Assembly (NCBI GenBank): GCA_947653875.1
Contig: CANTIK010000010.1
Span: 12,366-76,365 of the forward strand
Source of the DNA: an uncultured Clostridia bacterium
Lineage (GTDB): Bacteria > Bacillota > Clostridia > Oscillospirales > Oscillospiraceae
Direction: 5' to 3'
DNA: 64,000 nucleotides
The position numbers and the translations under genes are program-made. Shown here one piece after another: positions 46,678 to 56,055 of this stretch. Each line of letters opens with the position of its first letter. Position 1 is the first letter of the stretch. Under the pieces are notes generated by a model. The model did no database searches and was not told where the DNA came from. It worked only from the letters and a program-made list of their open reading frames with translations.

Positions 46678-47229
46678 TTGAGAAATGCTATGAAGTACTT
46701 CATTGATTTTGCGGCCCTGGCGCTGTTATACGCCCGGTTTTTTTACCGCAGGTGGCACCGCGAGGGCCTGGACGTACTGCTTGTCAACACGCTCCTGTAT
46801 GTCTACCTCTCCCTCGTACTCTATGTTACCCTGATGCCGGTGATCGTATCGCTGCCCTTCCTGTTCAACCATCCCTATTCGCCCATGAACCTGATCCCGT
46901 TTGTCGATGTCCTGGCAGGGCGGGGGGACTTTTTAAGGCAGGTGCTGCTGAACGTTATCATGACCATGCCCTTCGGCTTCCTGTTTCCGCTGGCCGGGAA
47001 GAGGAAGGCCAAATTCGGCAGGACGGTATTTTTCTGTTTTTTGATGACCCTGGGTATAGAGCTGCTGCAGCCGCTTATCAGCGGTACCCGCTCCTCGGAT
47101 ATCACGGACATTATCACCAATATGACCGGCGGGATACTGGGATACGGTCTTTATCTGGCCTTCAGGCCGGCCGCGTTTGGGATATTGGAGCGTCTGAAAA
47201 GGTTGGGGCAGCATTTGCCGCCGCAATGA
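46678..47229 (+). CDS. VanZ-family membrane protein
   Basis: TTG start 8 nt after GGAGG. GIELLQ...SSDITDIITNMTGG VanZ-like motif. Confidence 0.7.
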   Translation: MRNAMKYFIDFAALALLYARFFYRRWHREGLDVLLVNTLLYVYLSLVLYVTLMPVIVSLPFLFNHPYSPMNLIPFVDVLAGRGDFLRQVLLNVIMTMPFGFLFPLAGKRKAKFGRTVFFCFLMTLGIELLQPLISGTRSSDITDIITNMTGGILGYGLYLAFRPAAFGILERLKRLGQHLPPQ

Positions 47230-47263
47230 TCGCAACGATAAATTCCTGAGAAGGAGAGCTGTT

Positions 47264-48556
47264 ATGGAAAAAACCGACTCCCGCTACCGGCACTTTGTTC
47301 AGATCCTCCGGGAGGAGCTGGTCCCGGCCATGGGCTGTACGGAGCCCATCGCCATCGCCTACGGCGCGGCAAAAGCCCGGGAGGTGCTGGGACATCTGCC
47401 GGAGCGGATGCTGGTGGAGGCCAGCGGCAATATCATCAAAAACGTCAAGAGCGTAGTGGTCCCCAATACCGGCGGACTCAAGGGCATCTCCGCCGCAGCC
47501 GCGGCGGGCGCGGTGGCCGGTGACCCGGGGAAAATTCTGGAGGTCATCTCCACCGTCACCGAAGGGCAGAAGGCGGAGATCCGGGACTATCTGGACCGCT
47601 GCGAGATCCGGGTAAAGCCCGCGCCGGGGGATGTTGTCTTCGATGTGATCCTGACCCTGTGGGCAGGTGAGGACAGCGTGCGGCTGCGCATCATGGACTA
47701 CCATACCAACATCGTACTCATTGAGAAAAACGGGGTGCCTCTGCTGCAATGCGGCGCGGTAACGCCCGCCGGTGAGGCCGCCAGCGGCCTCACCGACCGC
47801 AGCTGCCTGTCGGTGGACGCGATCGTGGACTTCGCGGACACTGTGGACCTGGAGGACGTGGCGGCGCCGGTGGAGCGGCAGCTGGACTACAATTGCGCCA
47901 TCGCCCGGGAGGGCATGGCCCGGGACTGGGGGGCCAACATCGGCAAGGTCCTCCGGGAGTATTACGGCGAGGACGTGAAGGTCCGGGCCCGGTACATGGC
48001 CGCCGCCGGGTCCGACGCCCGGATGAGCGGGTGCGAGATGCCGGTCATCATCGTCTCCGGCAGCGGCAACCAGGGGATCACCGCCTCGGTACCTGTGGCG
48101 GTGTATGCCCAGGAGCTGAAGGTGAGCCATGAAAAGCTCCTCCGGGCGGTGGTCCTCAGCGACCTGCTGGCCATCCACATGAAAACCGGCATCGGGCGTC
48201 TGAGCGCCTACTGCGGTGCGGTCAGCGCCGGGTGCGCCGCCGGAGCCGCCATCTCCCACCTCTACGGCGGGGGACGCCGGGAGGTGGAACATACCCTGGT
48301 CAACGCCCTCGCTACCATCTCCGGCATGATCTGCGACGGGGCCAAGCCCTCCTGCGCCGCCAAGATTGCCGCCGCTGTGGACGCGGGCATCCTGGGCTGG
48401 CACATGTTCCGCAGCGGACAGCAGTTCCGGGGCGGCGAGGGGATCGTCACCAAGGGGGTGGAGGAGACCATCGCCAACATCGGCCGCCTGGGCCGTCTGG
48501 GTATGCGGGAGACGGACCGGGAGATCATCCGCATTATGACGGATGTCTGCTCCTGA
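47264..48556 (+). CDS. L-cysteine desulfidase family protein (UPF0597/YhaM-like)
   Basis: MGCTEPIAIAY motif and serine-dehydratase-alpha-like sequence. 430 aa. Confidence 0.8.
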   Translation: MEKTDSRYRHFVQILREELVPAMGCTEPIAIAYGAAKAREVLGHLPERMLVEASGNIIKNVKSVVVPNTGGLKGISAAAAAGAVAGDPGKILEVISTVTEGQKAEIRDYLDRCEIRVKPAPGDVVFDVILTLWAGEDSVRLRIMDYHTNIVLIEKNGVPLLQCGAVTPAGEAASGLTDRSCLSVDAIVDFADTVDLEDVAAPVERQLDYNCAIAREGMARDWGANIGKVLREYYGEDVKVRARYMAAAGSDARMSGCEMPVIIVSGSGNQGITASVPVAVYAQELKVSHEKLLRAVVLSDLLAIHMKTGIGRLSAYCGAVSAGCAAGAAISHLYGGGRREVEHTLVNALATISGMICDGAKPSCAAKIAAAVDAGILGWHMFRSGQQFRGGEGIVTKGVEETIANIGRLGRLGMRETDREIIRIMTDVCS

Positions 48557-48678
48557 TCTGCGGCAGCTGCTGCCCGCACGCCATACAGTTTCCGCGCCGC
48601 GCGGCAGTGCAGCGTACGGCGCACCCTCCATTGAATAAAAACAGAACAGCAATGATGCAGAAAGCGAGGAAATCAGCG

Positions 48679-51600
48679 ATGGAAAAACGAAGAGCATCCT
48701 TCCGGCTGCGCCCGGCCCTGCTGGCCGCAGTCATGTTCCTTTCCCTGCTGGCCCCTATGGCGCCTGCCGCCCGGGGCGCGGATGCTGCCGTTACCGGCAG
48801 TGTCTCCGCTACCGTGCGCCTGGATTATGACCAGTCTCTGACGGAACTCCGCCGCCGGGAGGTCCGGGCGGAGCTGTGGCAGGGGGAGAACTATCTGGGC
48901 GCCGCCAGCCTGGCGGACGCCGGGACCACCTCCCTCTCCGGCTATGCCGCCTCTGTCTCTCACCGTGACACCGCCGGGGAGCCCCTTGCCGGGGAGGAAC
49001 CCGGCTATCTGGACCTCCGGGTGGACGGCCTGCCACGGGGCAGCTATACCCTGCGCCTCTCCGGACGGGGGTACGTCACCTGTGAGCGGACCATGTTCAT
49101 GGACGACTGCGCCCGCCATATCCTCGTGGGCACCGGCGACGCCGCTTTTGCCCTGGGGGATTTTGACGGGGACGGCGAAGTGGATGCCCGGGACCGGGAT
49201 CTTCTGGCCGGAGCCTTGGGCTCCGGCGACGCTGGGGACCTGGAGCGCTTCGACCTTAACGGAGACGGGGAGATCGATATTATCGACCTTGCCTATGTCA
49301 ACCGGCAGACCGGCGCCGAGGGCGATGCTCAGTTACTGGAGACCGCTCTGCTGGCCCCTCCGGTGGACATGACCGGCCTGGCCGCAGAACTGGCCCAGGA
49401 GGGTGTGATCCTGCTCTCCGGCAGCCTGACGGACCTGTTTCAGGCCGGGGGCACGCCTGCGATCTTCCAGGCCGTTGAAAACGGGGAGATCGTCCTGCCC
49501 ATCCCCTTCCGCGAGAGCGTTGAGATGGAGCAGCTTCAGATCGGAAGCGCCGTCGATGCCCCCATTCTGGCGGGCGTGGTGGAGGTGGAGGACGAGTACG
49601 GGGAGACCACCCTCTACGCCTTTGATACCGCCCGGTCCGGCGGGGCGCAGACCCTCAGCCTGTCCCAGGCGGAGGACAATGTCATCACCATTGACCTGGG
49701 CCGCCGGGTGGCGGTGAAGAAGATCACCATCACCGTCACCAGGACGGAAAACGGCTATGCCGCCGTGGAATCCATTCAGTTCCTCAAGGAGATGGTCCCC
49801 CTGGACCCGGAGGCCGCAGAGGGGCGGGTCAAGGGCCTGGCCGCAGAGGCAGGGGACGGGAAGGTGGACCTCACCTGGAACCGGATGCCCAATATCACCG
49901 GCTACCGGGTGGACTGGCAGTGCCTGTCCGACCAGCGGCAGAACGGGTCCCTCTACGTGGAGGTCAACCGTGCTGAGATCACCGGACTGGACAACCTGAA
50001 AGAATACCAGTTCACCGTCACGGCAGTCAACGGCTCCTGGAGCGGCAAGCCCTCTCAGCCGGTCACCGCCACGCCCCAGCCGGCCTCCGCGCCGAAGGCG
50101 CCGGATATGGTCAGCGTCACCTCCCTGGACGGCGCTCTGCAGGTGGGCTGGAAGGCCGCCAAGGGCGCGACCTGGTATGAGCTGTATTATACCGACCGGG
50201 AGAACGCCTCCACGGATTCATACATTCCCCTGGGGGAGACCCTGACCACTACAGGGACCACCCTCACGGGCCTGACCAACGGCGTGACCTACTACCTGTA
50301 CATCGTGGCCGGAAACGACATGGGCCGCAGCGGCCCCTCCCGGATCTCCGCCGGCACCCCCAAGGCCGTAGTCTATGAGCGGCCCGCCGGTATCCCCGCG
50401 CTGGGCGTGCTGGACTGGCGGGATATTGCCACCATCCGGCTGGCGGATCAGAACAACTACGACCGCCCGGCCTACTCTGCCGGTGCGCCCTTTACGCCGT
50501 CCAACATGGCGGACGGGGACTACCGTACCCACTGGACGGCAAGGGACTGGTGGTACAATGAGCATGTGGTGGTCACCTTCCGGGAGCCCCAGGACCTCCA
50601 GGCCGCTATCTGGGTGCCCCGGCTGGACGGGAATCATGCCGCCAACCTGCGGGCCTACAGCGTCCTGGTCTGGTATGAGGGGGACGACCTGAACGGGCCG
50701 GGCCGCCATGTGACCCCCGGCACAGACAATAACGGCAATACCGACGGCGGGGACGTCCAGACCTGGCCCGGTATCCGGGGAAACCCCGCCGTGACCAAGT
50801 TCGCCGTCATGCCCTTTGCACCCCAGAAGGACGTGGTACAGATCAGCGTGGCCGCTGAGCAGGCGGGATATGTCAATGTCAGCCTCTCGGAGCTGATGTT
50901 CCTGAAGTACGATGAGAACCACCGTCTGCCCGATGAGATCGGGGAGCTGTTCGCCGACGGGCTGCACACCGTTCTGGCCCCCGGCGTGACACAGGCGCGG
51001 ATCAATGAGCTGCGCGGCCGGCTGAACAGCGATGAGCGGAACTACTACATGGATCTGGACACCATGGCCGACGAGCTGGTCCTGGCCCAGGAGCTTCTGG
51101 ACAGCGGACGCAGCTCCGGCGTGATCGTGGACGGCATCGATTCCCGCAGCAGCGGACGGGACAACGGGAAGTATGGTCAGGGCGGCAGCGAGCTGCAGCC
51201 CCTGGGCGTGGCCGCCGGGGCCGGGCGGGAGATCGCCGTCTATGCCGCAGGCATCCCCGCCGGGGAGAAGGTGACGGTCTACGCCACCCAGTTCAACGCC
51301 GAGGCCTCCGCGTGGCAGGCAAAGGTGGGGGAGCTGGTCAACGGCCGGAACGTCCTCACCATTCCCCAGATCGGCAGTCAGAACACCCCCCGGGGCGGCA
51401 GCCTGTATATCACCTACGGCGGGACCAACCCTGAGGGCATCCGGCTCCACATCCGCCGGGCTGTGGATATCCCGGTGCTGGAGCTGGGCGGCTGGAAGAC
51501 CATGACCGACGCGGAGCGGTCCCAGACCATCAACGCCTATCTGACAGAGCTGGATAACTACCTGGCAGTCAACAGGGTGGGTACTTCCCAGACAGACTGG

Positions 51601-53589
51601 CACAATGTGACGGAGATCTCTACGCCGTCGGTACTGCTGAGCCTGCCCGCCGGAGCGGTCCAGGCTGGACTGAGCCGGGTCTCTGACCGGGCCGCCCAGC
51701 TGGAGAATTCCCTGCTGGCCTGGGAGGACGTGCTGTCCATCTGCCAGACTGTCCAGGGCATCTCCGGCCCCATGGAGTCCCGGCAGAATATCCGGTGTAT
51801 GCAGATGTTCACTGGTGCGTTCATGTACGCCGCCGGGAACCACATCGGCATCGGCTACGGCTCCTGCTCCGGCATGGTGGGCGGCGCGCCCCTGAGCCAG
51901 CTAGCCGGGGCAACGGCCAACAGCCTCTTCGGCTGGGGCATCGCCCACGAGATCGGGCACAACATGGACAAGCTGGGCAAGGCGGAGATCACCAACAACA
52001 TCTACGCCCTGGCCATCCAGACCAGCGACGGCTACCAGAACACCTTCACCTCCCGTCTGGAGGCCAGCAACAAGTATGCCGCCATCTTCAACAAGACCGC
52101 CCAGGGCCGCGCAGGCGCCTCCGGGGATGTGTTCGTCCAGCTGGGCATGTACTGGCAGCTCCATCTGGCCTATGACGGCGGAGACAATCCGCTGGACTTC
52201 TTCAACCGGTTCTTCGCCGCGTGGAAGAGCGGGCAGTACTTTAACGGCGCTTCTGCCTACGATGACAAGGTGGCCCTGACCGCCTCCGCCATCGCAAACA
52301 GGAACCTGACCGAGTTCTTCACCCGCTGGGGCATGACTCTCAGTCCGGAGACCCAGGCCAAGCTGAGCGGCTATCCCGCCGAGGCCCGGGCAGTCTGGTA
52401 CCTCAACGACCAGAGCCGCAGGGACCGGCTGGCTGGAGTCTCCGCCGGTGTGGGCACCGTCAGCGCGCAGGCAGACAAAGTGGGGGACAGCGAGTTTAAG
52501 CTGACCTTCTCCGCCGCTCTGACCTCCGGCAAGGTTCAGGGCTATGAGATCCGGCGCAATGACGAGACCATCGCCTTTACCACGGACACCAGCTTCACCG
52601 ATACCATCGGCTCCGGCAACAACCGGACCTATACCTACACCGTCACCGCCTACGACACCCTGGGCAACAGGCTCGGTTCCGCCTCCACCCAGGCGTTCCG
52701 GGTCTCCTACGATCTGCTGGTGGATCCCTCGGAGTACACCATCCGCCGGGAGGCCGGCGGAGACGTGCAGATCACCTTCCGCAAGCCCACCGCCGTCTCC
52801 GGACTGCGCCTGCCCGCGTCTGTGATGGGCGGAGGGAGCTTCCGGGTCCTCGTAACTGAGGCGGACGGGTCCAAGACCCTTGTGCGTGACGGGAGCTTCG
52901 CCAATAGCAGTCAGGTTTCGGAGGGGGACCGGTTCGTCAGCTACTTCCAGCTGGCGGACGCGCCGGGAGACGATGCCCGGATCGGCACCTATCAGGCCTC
53001 TGCGGTTACCATTTCCGGCATTCCCGAGGACACAGCGCTCTCCGATGTGCGGCTCATCAGCTATGTGGGCGATGATATCGCTTTCCTCTCCGGCCCCACC
53101 GTGGGACGCATGGCTGCGGATTACCGATACGGAAGCGGCGCGGATGATGTGATCCGTGAGGGCACCCTGGTCATTGCCGGTACCTTCACCGGCGACCCGG
53201 TGTACAACACCGTCCGCATCGAGGGCGAGTTTGCCCCGCCGGATATGGGCGCGGTCAACGGCGAGAACGGAACGGGGAGCGCCGTCACCCGCTACCTCGA
53301 CGGCTACGCCCTCCTCTTCGCCGACGAGCAGGCGGACGGCATCTATACCAACATCAGCAACGGCATCTTTCTCTTTGTGCCTGACGTGCAGGCGGAAAAG
53401 GCGCTCCAGGAGGGCGAGACCTCCTGCGGCGGCGAGAATGTACTGCCCAGCCGCATCCGCGCGGAGCTGTGGCGCACCGACACGCCGGACAGCGCCGAGG
53501 GCACCCGCCGCACCGCCCAGACCATGTGGATCAACAGCCCCGGCGGCAGTGAACTGCCTCTGGTGGTATTGGAAGGAGGCAGCCAATAA
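48679..53589 (+). CDS. Secreted multidomain M60-like (enhancin-type) zinc metallopeptidase with dockerin, FN3 and discoidin-like modules
   Basis: Start at MEKRR after GAGGAA, with a signal peptide. Dockerin duplicated loops DFDGDGEVDARD / DLNGDGEIDIID (49156-49310). FN3-like repeats about 49.8-50.35 kb. HEIGHN zinc motif at 51946-51963. Confidence 0.8.
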   Translation: MEKRRASFRLRPALLAAVMFLSLLAPMAPAARGADAAVTGSVSATVRLDYDQSLTELRRREVRAELWQGENYLGAASLADAGTTSLSGYAASVSHRDTAGEPLAGEEPGYLDLRVDGLPRGSYTLRLSGRGYVTCERTMFMDDCARHILVGTGDAAFALGDFDGDGEVDARDRDLLAGALGSGDAGDLERFDLNGDGEIDIIDLAYVNRQTGAEGDAQLLETALLAPPVDMTGLAAELAQEGVILLSGSLTDLFQAGGTPAIFQAVENGEIVLPIPFRESVEMEQLQIGSAVDAPILAGVVEVEDEYGETTLYAFDTARSGGAQTLSLSQAEDNVITIDLGRRVAVKKITITVTRTENGYAAVESIQFLKEMVPLDPEAAEGRVKGLAAEAGDGKVDLTWNRMPNITGYRVDWQCLSDQRQNGSLYVEVNRAEITGLDNLKEYQFTVTAVNGSWSGKPSQPVTATPQPASAPKAPDMVSVTSLDGALQVGWKAAKGATWYELYYTDRENASTDSYIPLGETLTTTGTTLTGLTNGVTYYLYIVAGNDMGRSGPSRISAGTPKAVVYERPAGIPALGVLDWRDIATIRLADQNNYDRPAYSAGAPFTPSNMADGDYRTHWTARDWWYNEHVVVTFREPQDLQAAIWVPRLDGNHAANLRAYSVLVWYEGDDLNGPGRHVTPGTDNNGNTDGGDVQTWPGIRGNPAVTKFAVMPFAPQKDVVQISVAAEQAGYVNVSLSELMFLKYDENHRLPDEIGELFADGLHTVLAPGVTQARINELRGRLNSDERNYYMDLDTMADELVLAQELLDSGRSSGVIVDGIDSRSSGRDNGKYGQGGSELQPLGVAAGAGREIAVYAAGIPAGEKVTVYATQFNAEASAWQAKVGELVNGRNVLTIPQIGSQNTPRGGSLYITYGGTNPEGIRLHIRRAVDIPVLELGGWKTMTDAERSQTINAYLTELDNYLAVNRVGTSQTDWHNVTEISTPSVLLSLPAGAVQAGLSRVSDRAAQLENSLLAWEDVLSICQTVQGISGPMESRQNIRCMQMFTGAFMYAAGNHIGIGYGSCSGMVGGAPLSQLAGATANSLFGWGIAHEIGHNMDKLGKAEITNNIYALAIQTSDGYQNTFTSRLEASNKYAAIFNKTAQGRAGASGDVFVQLGMYWQLHLAYDGGDNPLDFFNRFFAAWKSGQYFNGASAYDDKVALTASAIANRNLTEFFTRWGMTLSPETQAKLSGYPAEARAVWYLNDQSRRDRLAGVSAGVGTVSAQADKVGDSEFKLTFSAALTSGKVQGYEIRRNDETIAFTTDTSFTDTIGSGNNRTYTYTVTAYDTLGNRLGSASTQAFRVSYDLLVDPSEYTIRREAGGDVQITFRKPTAVSGLRLPASVMGGGSFRVLVTEADGSKTLVRDGSFANSSQVSEGDRFVSYFQLADAPGDDARIGTYQASAVTISGIPEDTALSDVRLISYVGDDIAFLSGPTVGRMAADYRYGSGADDVIREGTLVIAGTFTGDPVYNTVRIEGEFAPPDMGAVNGENGTGSAVTRYLDGYALLFADEQADGIYTNISNGIFLFVPDVQAEKALQEGETSCGGENVLPSRIRAELWRTDTPDSAEGTRRTAQTMWINSPGGSELPLVVLEGGSQ

Positions 53590-54695
53590 TGGGCAAACGT
53601 ATCCTCTCTCTTTTTGCGGTTCTGACGCTGGCTCTGGGAACCGCGCCCGCGGCCCTGGCGGCGGCGGAGCCCACTCTGGTGTGTGAATTCCTGCGGGACA
53701 GCGAAACCGCGGTCCTCACCCTTGAGGATCTGGACGGCAGCGATATTTACGGCGTACAGCTGGAGCTGACACTGGAGGGGGAATACCCGGACTGCACCTT
53801 TACTCCCGGCAGCCGGACAGCCTACGCGCCGGAGTGCAGCGTACGGGATACACGGGACCGGACGCGGCTGACCATATACCTGACAGACCGGATGCCGCTG
53901 AACGATGGGAACACCCTGGACCTGGGCGAGCTGGACCTGGGCGGGGATGGCGGGGACGCTTTTCCGGAAACTGTCCGGATCACCCTGCTGGGGGAACAGC
54001 TGCGCCCCCTGACCGGCGGCATGTCCGGAACGGCGGACGTGGAGGTCTACTCCCGGGAGGAGCCCTCCGGGTCCGAGGACCCGGCGCCGCCCTCCTCCCA
54101 GCCGGATACCACCCCCCAGGTCCCCCCAGCGCCGGTGGTCTATCTCCCCTTCATCGATGTAAGCGCAGGGGACTGGTTCTATGAAGCCGCGGGCTATGTC
54201 TACGCCCACGGAATGATGCGGGGACTCTCGGAAAACACCTTTGCCCCCTATGAGGTCACGGACCGGGCCATGATCGTTACCATCCTTCACCGGCTGGAGG
54301 GCAGCCCCGCCGCTCTGCCCGCCGCCTTCACCGATGTCCCGGAGGGCCAGTATTACGCCATTCCGGTGGCATGGGCCTCTTCGGTGGGCATCGTGGAGGG
54401 CTATGAGGATGCCACCTTCCGCCCGGAATCCCCCATCACCCGGGAACAGCTGGCAGCCATTCTCTACCGCTATGCCCGGTATAAGGGCCTGGACATCTCC
54501 GTCAGAGGGGATATGGGCCGCTTCCCGGACGCCGTATCCGTCTCCCTCTACGCCGCGGACGCTATGAGCTGGGCAGTGGGTACGGGATTGATCGCCGGTC
54601 TGGACGGCGCGCTCCAGCCGGGCGGCGCGGCCGGACGGGCTCAGGTGGCGGTCATTCTCCAGCGGATGTGCGCCGGCCTGCTGCAAATGCCGTGA
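53589..54695 (+). CDS. Cell-wall anchor protein: N-terminal cohesin-like module plus three SLH repeats
   Basis: TAATG overlap with the upstream gene. Signal peptide. Three SLH units (FIDVSAGDWFYEA..., FTDVPEGQYYAIP..., FPDAVSVSLYAAD...). Confidence 0.75.
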   Translation: MGKRILSLFAVLTLALGTAPAALAAAEPTLVCEFLRDSETAVLTLEDLDGSDIYGVQLELTLEGEYPDCTFTPGSRTAYAPECSVRDTRDRTRLTIYLTDRMPLNDGNTLDLGELDLGGDGGDAFPETVRITLLGEQLRPLTGGMSGTADVEVYSREEPSGSEDPAPPSSQPDTTPQVPPAPVVYLPFIDVSAGDWFYEAAGYVYAHGMMRGLSENTFAPYEVTDRAMIVTILHRLEGSPAALPAAFTDVPEGQYYAIPVAWASSVGIVEGYEDATFRPESPITREQLAAILYRYARYKGLDISVRGDMGRFPDAVSVSLYAADAMSWAVGTGLIAGLDGALQPGGAAGRAQVAVILQRMCAGLLQMP

Positions 54696-55096
54696 GGATC
54701 GCGGTATGTATTGACAGCCGGGGCGGGATGCTCTTCAACCGCCGCCGGCAGAGCCAGGACCGGCTTCTCCGGCAGGATCTCCTGTCGGAGGCCGCCGGAG
54801 GGCCTCTCTGGATGAGCCCCTACTCCCGGGAGCAGTTTTCCGATCCGCCGGAGATGGTCCGCGCGGCGGAGGACTTTCCCCGCCGGGCGGGCCCAGGAGA
54901 GCTGTGCTTTTTCGAGGACCTGGACCCCGCCCTCTGGCTGGCGGAGGCGGAGGAGGTTGTCCTCTACCACTGGAACCGGACCTATCCATCCGACCGCCGG
55001 TTTCCCCTGCCCCTGGCGGGGTGGACTCTGGCGCGGCGGGAGGAGTTCCCCGGGTCCAGCCATGAGAAGATCACAAAGGAGGTGTACCGCCGGTGA
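54692..55096 (+). CDS. Small conserved hypothetical protein
   Basis: GTGA overlap at both ends with the neighbouring genes. No signal peptide. VRIAVCIDSRGGMLFNRRRQSQD. Confidence 0.45.
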   Translation: MRIAVCIDSRGGMLFNRRRQSQDRLLRQDLLSEAAGGPLWMSPYSREQFSDPPEMVRAAEDFPRRAGPGELCFFEDLDPALWLAEAEEVVLYHWNRTYPSDRRFPLPLAGWTLARREEFPGSSHEKITKEVYRR

Positions 55097-55986
55097 AGGT
55101 GAAGAAACAGAATAGAGTCTGGCTGTCCCTGGCACTCCTGCTGGTCCTCCTGGCAGGGCTGTGGTATCTGCACACTGCCGGGGACATCCAGAGCCAACAT
55201 GTCCAGAGCGTTACCGCCATCTATCTGGACGATATCCCGCCCTTCTCCGGGGAGCCTTATGTGGCTGTCAACGGCAACGAGCCCTCCTTCCTGCCGGGGG
55301 AGATGACCACCTCCTCCTATGAGGTCTACAGCCCCCTGGACGCGCTGGGGCGCTGCGGCGTTGCCTCCGCCTGCGTGGGGGTGGACCTGATGCCTACCGA
55401 GGAACGGGAGTCCATCGGCCAGGTGAAGCCCTCCGGATGGCAGACGGTGAAGTATGACTGCGTGGACGGAAAGTATCTCTACAACCGGTGCCACCTCATC
55501 GGCTTCCAGCTGACGGGGGAGAACGCCAACAAGCAGAACCTCATCACCGGCACCCGGTACATGAATGTGGACGGGATGCTGCCCTTTGAGAACATGGTGG
55601 CGGACTACGTGAAGGGGACGGAGAACCACGTCCTTTACCGGGTGACACCTGTTTACAGCGGCGATGATCTGGTGGCCGGCGGCGTACAGATGGAAGCTCT
55701 GAGCGTGGAGGACAAGGGGACGGGCATCAGCTTCAACGTCTATGTCTACAATGTCCAGCCCGGCGTGGAGATCGACTATGCTACCGGCGAGAGCTGGCTG
55801 GAGGGCGAATCCCGTCCGGAGGCGCCGGAGACTGCCTACGTTCTCAACACCAGCTCCAAAAAGTTCCACCTGCCCGCCTGCTCCGGTGCGTCCTCCATGA
55901 AGAAGGAGAACCGGGAGGAGTACAGCGGCAGCCGGGAGTCCCTGATCGAACAGGGATACAAGCCCTGCGGGACGTGTAACCCATAA
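55093..55986 (+). CDS. Membrane-anchored DNA/RNA non-specific endonuclease (DNA-entry nuclease-like) with C-terminal Cys motif
   Basis: N-terminal TM. NRCHLIGFQLTGENANKQNLITGTRYMN nuclease core. C-terminal FHLPACS...CGTC. Confidence 0.8.
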   Translation: MKVKKQNRVWLSLALLLVLLAGLWYLHTAGDIQSQHVQSVTAIYLDDIPPFSGEPYVAVNGNEPSFLPGEMTTSSYEVYSPLDALGRCGVASACVGVDLMPTEERESIGQVKPSGWQTVKYDCVDGKYLYNRCHLIGFQLTGENANKQNLITGTRYMNVDGMLPFENMVADYVKGTENHVLYRVTPVYSGDDLVAGGVQMEALSVEDKGTGISFNVYVYNVQPGVEIDYATGESWLEGESRPEAPETAYVLNTSSKKFHLPACSGASSMKKENREEYSGSRESLIEQGYKPCGTCNP

Positions 55987-55995
55987 GCGGATCAG

Positions 55996-56037
55996 AAAAA
56001 GGACCCCGCAGAAGGAAACTTCTGCGGGGTCCTTTTT
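55996..56037. terminator. Bidirectional intrinsic terminator
   Basis: GGACCCCGCAGAAG/CTTCTGCGGGGTCC stem flanked by A5 and T5. Confidence 0.7.
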
Positions 56038-56055
56038 GCTGTTTATGGATAAAGG

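Noticed and set aside
50218-53586. Two long minus-strand ORFs (541 and 561 aa)
   Set aside because: They are antisense shadows of the M60-like peptidase gene.
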